Origin: Paecilomyces variotii
Lineage: Eukaryota
Assembly (NCBI GenBank): GCA_004022145.1
Contig: RCNU01000004.1
DNA: 64,000 nucleotides
Reading direction: 5' to 3' (one strand)
The notes below the pieces were generated by a model. The model saw nothing but the letters and a program-made list of their open reading frames with translations. It made no database searches and was not told the origin of the DNA. Below are positions 61,464 through 64,000 of this stretch, one piece after another (positions within the stretch are counted from its first letter, which is position 1; every line of letters begins with the position of its first letter). The position numbers and the translations under genes are program-made.

Positions 61464-64000
61464 ATGGCTTCCCCGTCTACGCCGCGCTCGACGCGCTCCG
61501 CGTCTCCAGCGAACGTCGCCTCTAATGAAGGCTCTCCTGCGATTTTGACGCCGGGAAGGAAAATTAAGGCTATGCTTGCAGCCTTTGATGATAGCGATTC
61601 CGATTATGACAATGGAAAATCTACAATGCGGACATCCCTTCCAAAACTGAACTTGAATACAGAGACGCCGCGACGCAACCAGGTATTGGACAAAGAGGAG
61701 GATGATGATGATGATGATGATGAAGAGGAGGTTATCATTAAACCCAAGGGCCGCATGGCTGCTCGGATGCAAGTGCAAGAGCAGACAGGTAATGAGACGA
61801 CATCGAAGGATGGAGATGAGACGGCATACCAGCGAGTAGCACGAAACTTGCAAGAGAACACAGAGACGAGAGAAGTCTCAGAAGAAAACGAGGCCATATC
61901 GTCCGACGATGATCTTCCCACAGCCGGCCCTAGGAGAGGACTACGGAAAGCAGCTCAGAACTCGGAAATCGACGATCAGGCACGATCGCCTTCCCCTGCT
62001 CGATCCTTTTCTCCTCTCTTTGTATCCTCACCGGCTAAAGGACAGGAAGAATCAGAGAATGAGGATGCAGCTATCGATGCAGGAGAGAATGGGAAGTCTA
62101 AATCAAATAGCCGCTTCTTGGCGCTGGTCGCTCAGAAGCGAAAGGAGAGAGAAGAGAAGGAGCGCCTCGAAGCTGAGAAAAAAGCAGCTAGGCTGGAGAA
62201 GATGAAGCAGTTCAGTTCTGATATTTTATCAGGCGAGGACAGCGACGATGGCACCGGACAGCGATTGTCCCAGAAACCTCGTCCTGCTCGCAAAGCTAGC
62301 AAAAAGGCCCTGGAGGAGATGAACCGAGAGACGCAGAGAATCAGCAGAAATATGCAGCTTGCACACGAAGCACGAACTAAAAAGAAGATCACCAAAGAGA
62401 GCTTCTTTGCTCGATTCAACTTCATGCAGCCGCAGGGCCAAGATGAGTCCACCCACGCACAGGATAACTCTTCCACGACCGCTGGCTCTCAGCATTCTTC
62501 CGACGTCGAAGCGCAGAAGGACAAGACAACTCCGCCAACATCGCCAGCCCGAGCACCGTCGCCAGATAAACCGGCTGATGCCGCAACTTCTGAGCAGGCG
62601 AATCAGTCTCAGCTGGCGGAACGGGAGGTTACTAATTATGAAGCAGAACTCCCTTCTGTGGAAGAACTCCTTACGCAGCCACTCCCATCCCAGGAGCCCA
62701 CTCTTATTGCACAGGCTATGGTCCAGGCAGAAGAAAGTAAGCCAGAGCCTACAAAGAAGGATACAAAACCACTCCGACGAGCCCTTACAAAGCCTCCTGT
62801 TCGTGTGCAGTTATCTCGACAATTTGTAGCCGAACACCAGAAGGATGACTCCGACGATGACCTTGAAGTAATTACGTCACCTGCAAAGACTCGCCGCATT
62901 GCTGTCTTTGAAAACCTGCCGTCGAAACAGGCCCAAGAATCGGCCTCTATGCTTAAACTCAAGGCCCTGGCTCACTTGACCTCACCCACTCGTCGGAGTA
63001 CGTCAATGTCCCCAGCGGAGCTGTCCGCTGTCCTGCGTATCCAGGCACGACAGCAGGCTGCAAAGGAGAGGGCTGAGAGGATCGAAGAGCTGCGAGCGAA
63101 GGGAATCCATATCGAGACAGCTGAGGAACGTGCCGCAATGGATGCTGAGGTTGAAGATCTGGTGGAAAAGGCAAGAAAGGAAGCGGATGAAATCAGAAAA
63201 CAAGAGCGGGAGGCATCAAAGGCCGGCAAGCCCAAAACTATCGAACTTGATAGCGAAGAGGACGAAGACTACGAATTTTCAGACGAAGATGATGATGGGG
63301 AAGCGGAAGACGAGGAAGAGGAAGATGCAGATGATGAAAATCTTGTTGAAAATGAAGCTGGAGAAGCCGGGGAATCCGAGGAGTCTGAAGAAGAACCAAT
63401 GGAGGAGGATGACTCGGACGTTGAAATGGAAGCTACCGTCTCAACCCGAAGAAAGCGTCCTCTGAGAGTCGTCAGTGATGATGAAGATGAAGAGCAAGAA
63501 CCGGCGACTCCTGCGAGAACCGTCACACAACGTCCAGAATCCATCAAGAAACCTACTTTCCCGGACATGCCAAATTCCAACGACTTCACCATGGGTCTAA
63601 GTCAAGCATTTGCAGCTACATTAGGCGGTAGCCAGTCTGAGAATCAACAGGAGTCGCCTGCAATCCTCGGCAGTCTCCCAGACCCTGCTGGAGCTTCAGC
63701 TGGAGTCCAGGAAACGGATCCTGAAGTACTCGTGAAGGACAGTCAGGGACGAAGAGAATCTGTTGACATTCTTCACGGCTTGACCCAATCTCAAACTCGC
63801 ATTTCGGAATCTCCTGGTCCGAAGATATTCTCGCAATATTCTCAGATACCAGATCCGACCCAAGATGAAGGATTTGTGATGTCACCATTCGACCAGTCTA
63901 AACGCTTTGTTGAACCCCCAGTGTCGACTGTTGAGACAGTTCTCCTACCTCGGGATGAATCGCCAGTCGCAAAGAAAAGCAGGGTTCTACGACGTGGACA
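61464..64000 (+). CDS. MRC1: Replication checkpoint mediator Mrc1/claspin-like protein; 3' end outside window
   Basis: Frame starts MASPSTPR...LTPGRKIKAMLAAFDDSD and includes RKASKKALEEMNRETQRISRNMQLAHEARTKKKITK, acidic tracts and SQ/TQ sites; runs off the window, so absent from the ORF track. Confidence 0.85.
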   Translation, partial: MASPSTPRSTRSASPANVASNEGSPAILTPGRKIKAMLAAFDDSDSDYDNGKSTMRTSLPKLNLNTETPRRNQVLDKEEDDDDDDDEEEVIIKPKGRMAARMQVQEQTGNETTSKDGDETAYQRVARNLQENTETREVSEENEAISSDDDLPTAGPRRGLRKAAQNSEIDDQARSPSPARSFSPLFVSSPAKGQEESENEDAAIDAGENGKSKSNSRFLALVAQKRKEREEKERLEAEKKAARLEKMKQFSSDILSGEDSDDGTGQRLSQKPRPARKASKKALEEMNRETQRISRNMQLAHEARTKKKITKESFFARFNFMQPQGQDESTHAQDNSSTTAGSQHSSDVEAQKDKTTPPTSPARAPSPDKPADAATSEQANQSQLAEREVTNYEAELPSVEELLTQPLPSQEPTLIAQAMVQAEESKPEPTKKDTKPLRRALTKPPVRVQLSRQFVAEHQKDDSDDDLEVITSPAKTRRIAVFENLPSKQAQESASMLKLKALAHLTSPTRRSTSMSPAELSAVLRIQARQQAAKERAERIEELRAKGIHIETAEERAAMDAEVEDLVEKARKEADEIRKQEREASKAGKPKTIELDSEEDEDYEFSDEDDDGEAEDEEEEDADDENLVENEAGEAGESEESEEEPMEEDDSDVEMEATVSTRRKRPLRVVSDDEDEEQEPATPARTVTQRPESIKKPTFPDMPNSNDFTMGLSQAFAATLGGSQSENQQESPAILGSLPDPAGASAGVQETDPEVLVKDSQGRRESVDILHGLTQSQTRISESPGPKIFSQYSQIPDPTQDEGFVMSPFDQSKRFVEPPVSTVETVLLPRDESPVAKKSRVLRRG

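Overview
Eukaryotic, intron-containing DNA from a filamentous ascomycete. Gene content and splice signals are Eurotiales-like; the species cannot be fixed from sequence alone. About 21 protein genes are supported: GPI-anchored class III chitinase (5' partial), claudin-like protein, ORP1-like protein, C2-domain Inn1/Fic1-like protein, UTP15, PhyH dioxygenase, a hydrophilic hypothetical protein, MOT1-type transporter, two alpha/beta hydrolases, an intronless NAD-dependent epimerase, an F-box-like protein, an SLC18-like MFS transporter, a 3-dehydroshikimate dehydratase-like protein, a TMEM234 protein, class I chitin synthase, fructosamine kinase, LMW-PTP, COQ7, RTF1 and MRC1 (3' partial). There is also one intron-containing tRNA-Phe(GAA). 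The most interesting signal is non-coding. (1) At 41.2-42.9 kb two ~0.6-kb non-autonomous Helitron-like elements sit tail-to-tail. They combine canonical A|TC...hairpin-CTAG|T ends with Helentron-type asymmetric inverted repeats, and a hAT MITE (8-bp TSD) lies between them. (2) A four-unit degenerate ~110-bp motif array lies at 31.6-32.0 kb, just after the stop codon of a hypothetical gene. (3) A decayed accessory island (6.4-12.5 kb) next to the tRNA holds a TA-flanked MITE and a phosphotransferase pseudogene interrupted by a 68-bp foldback insert with a 10-bp duplication; a relative of that insert lies 2.1 kb away. All family assignments are from motif recognition, not database searches.
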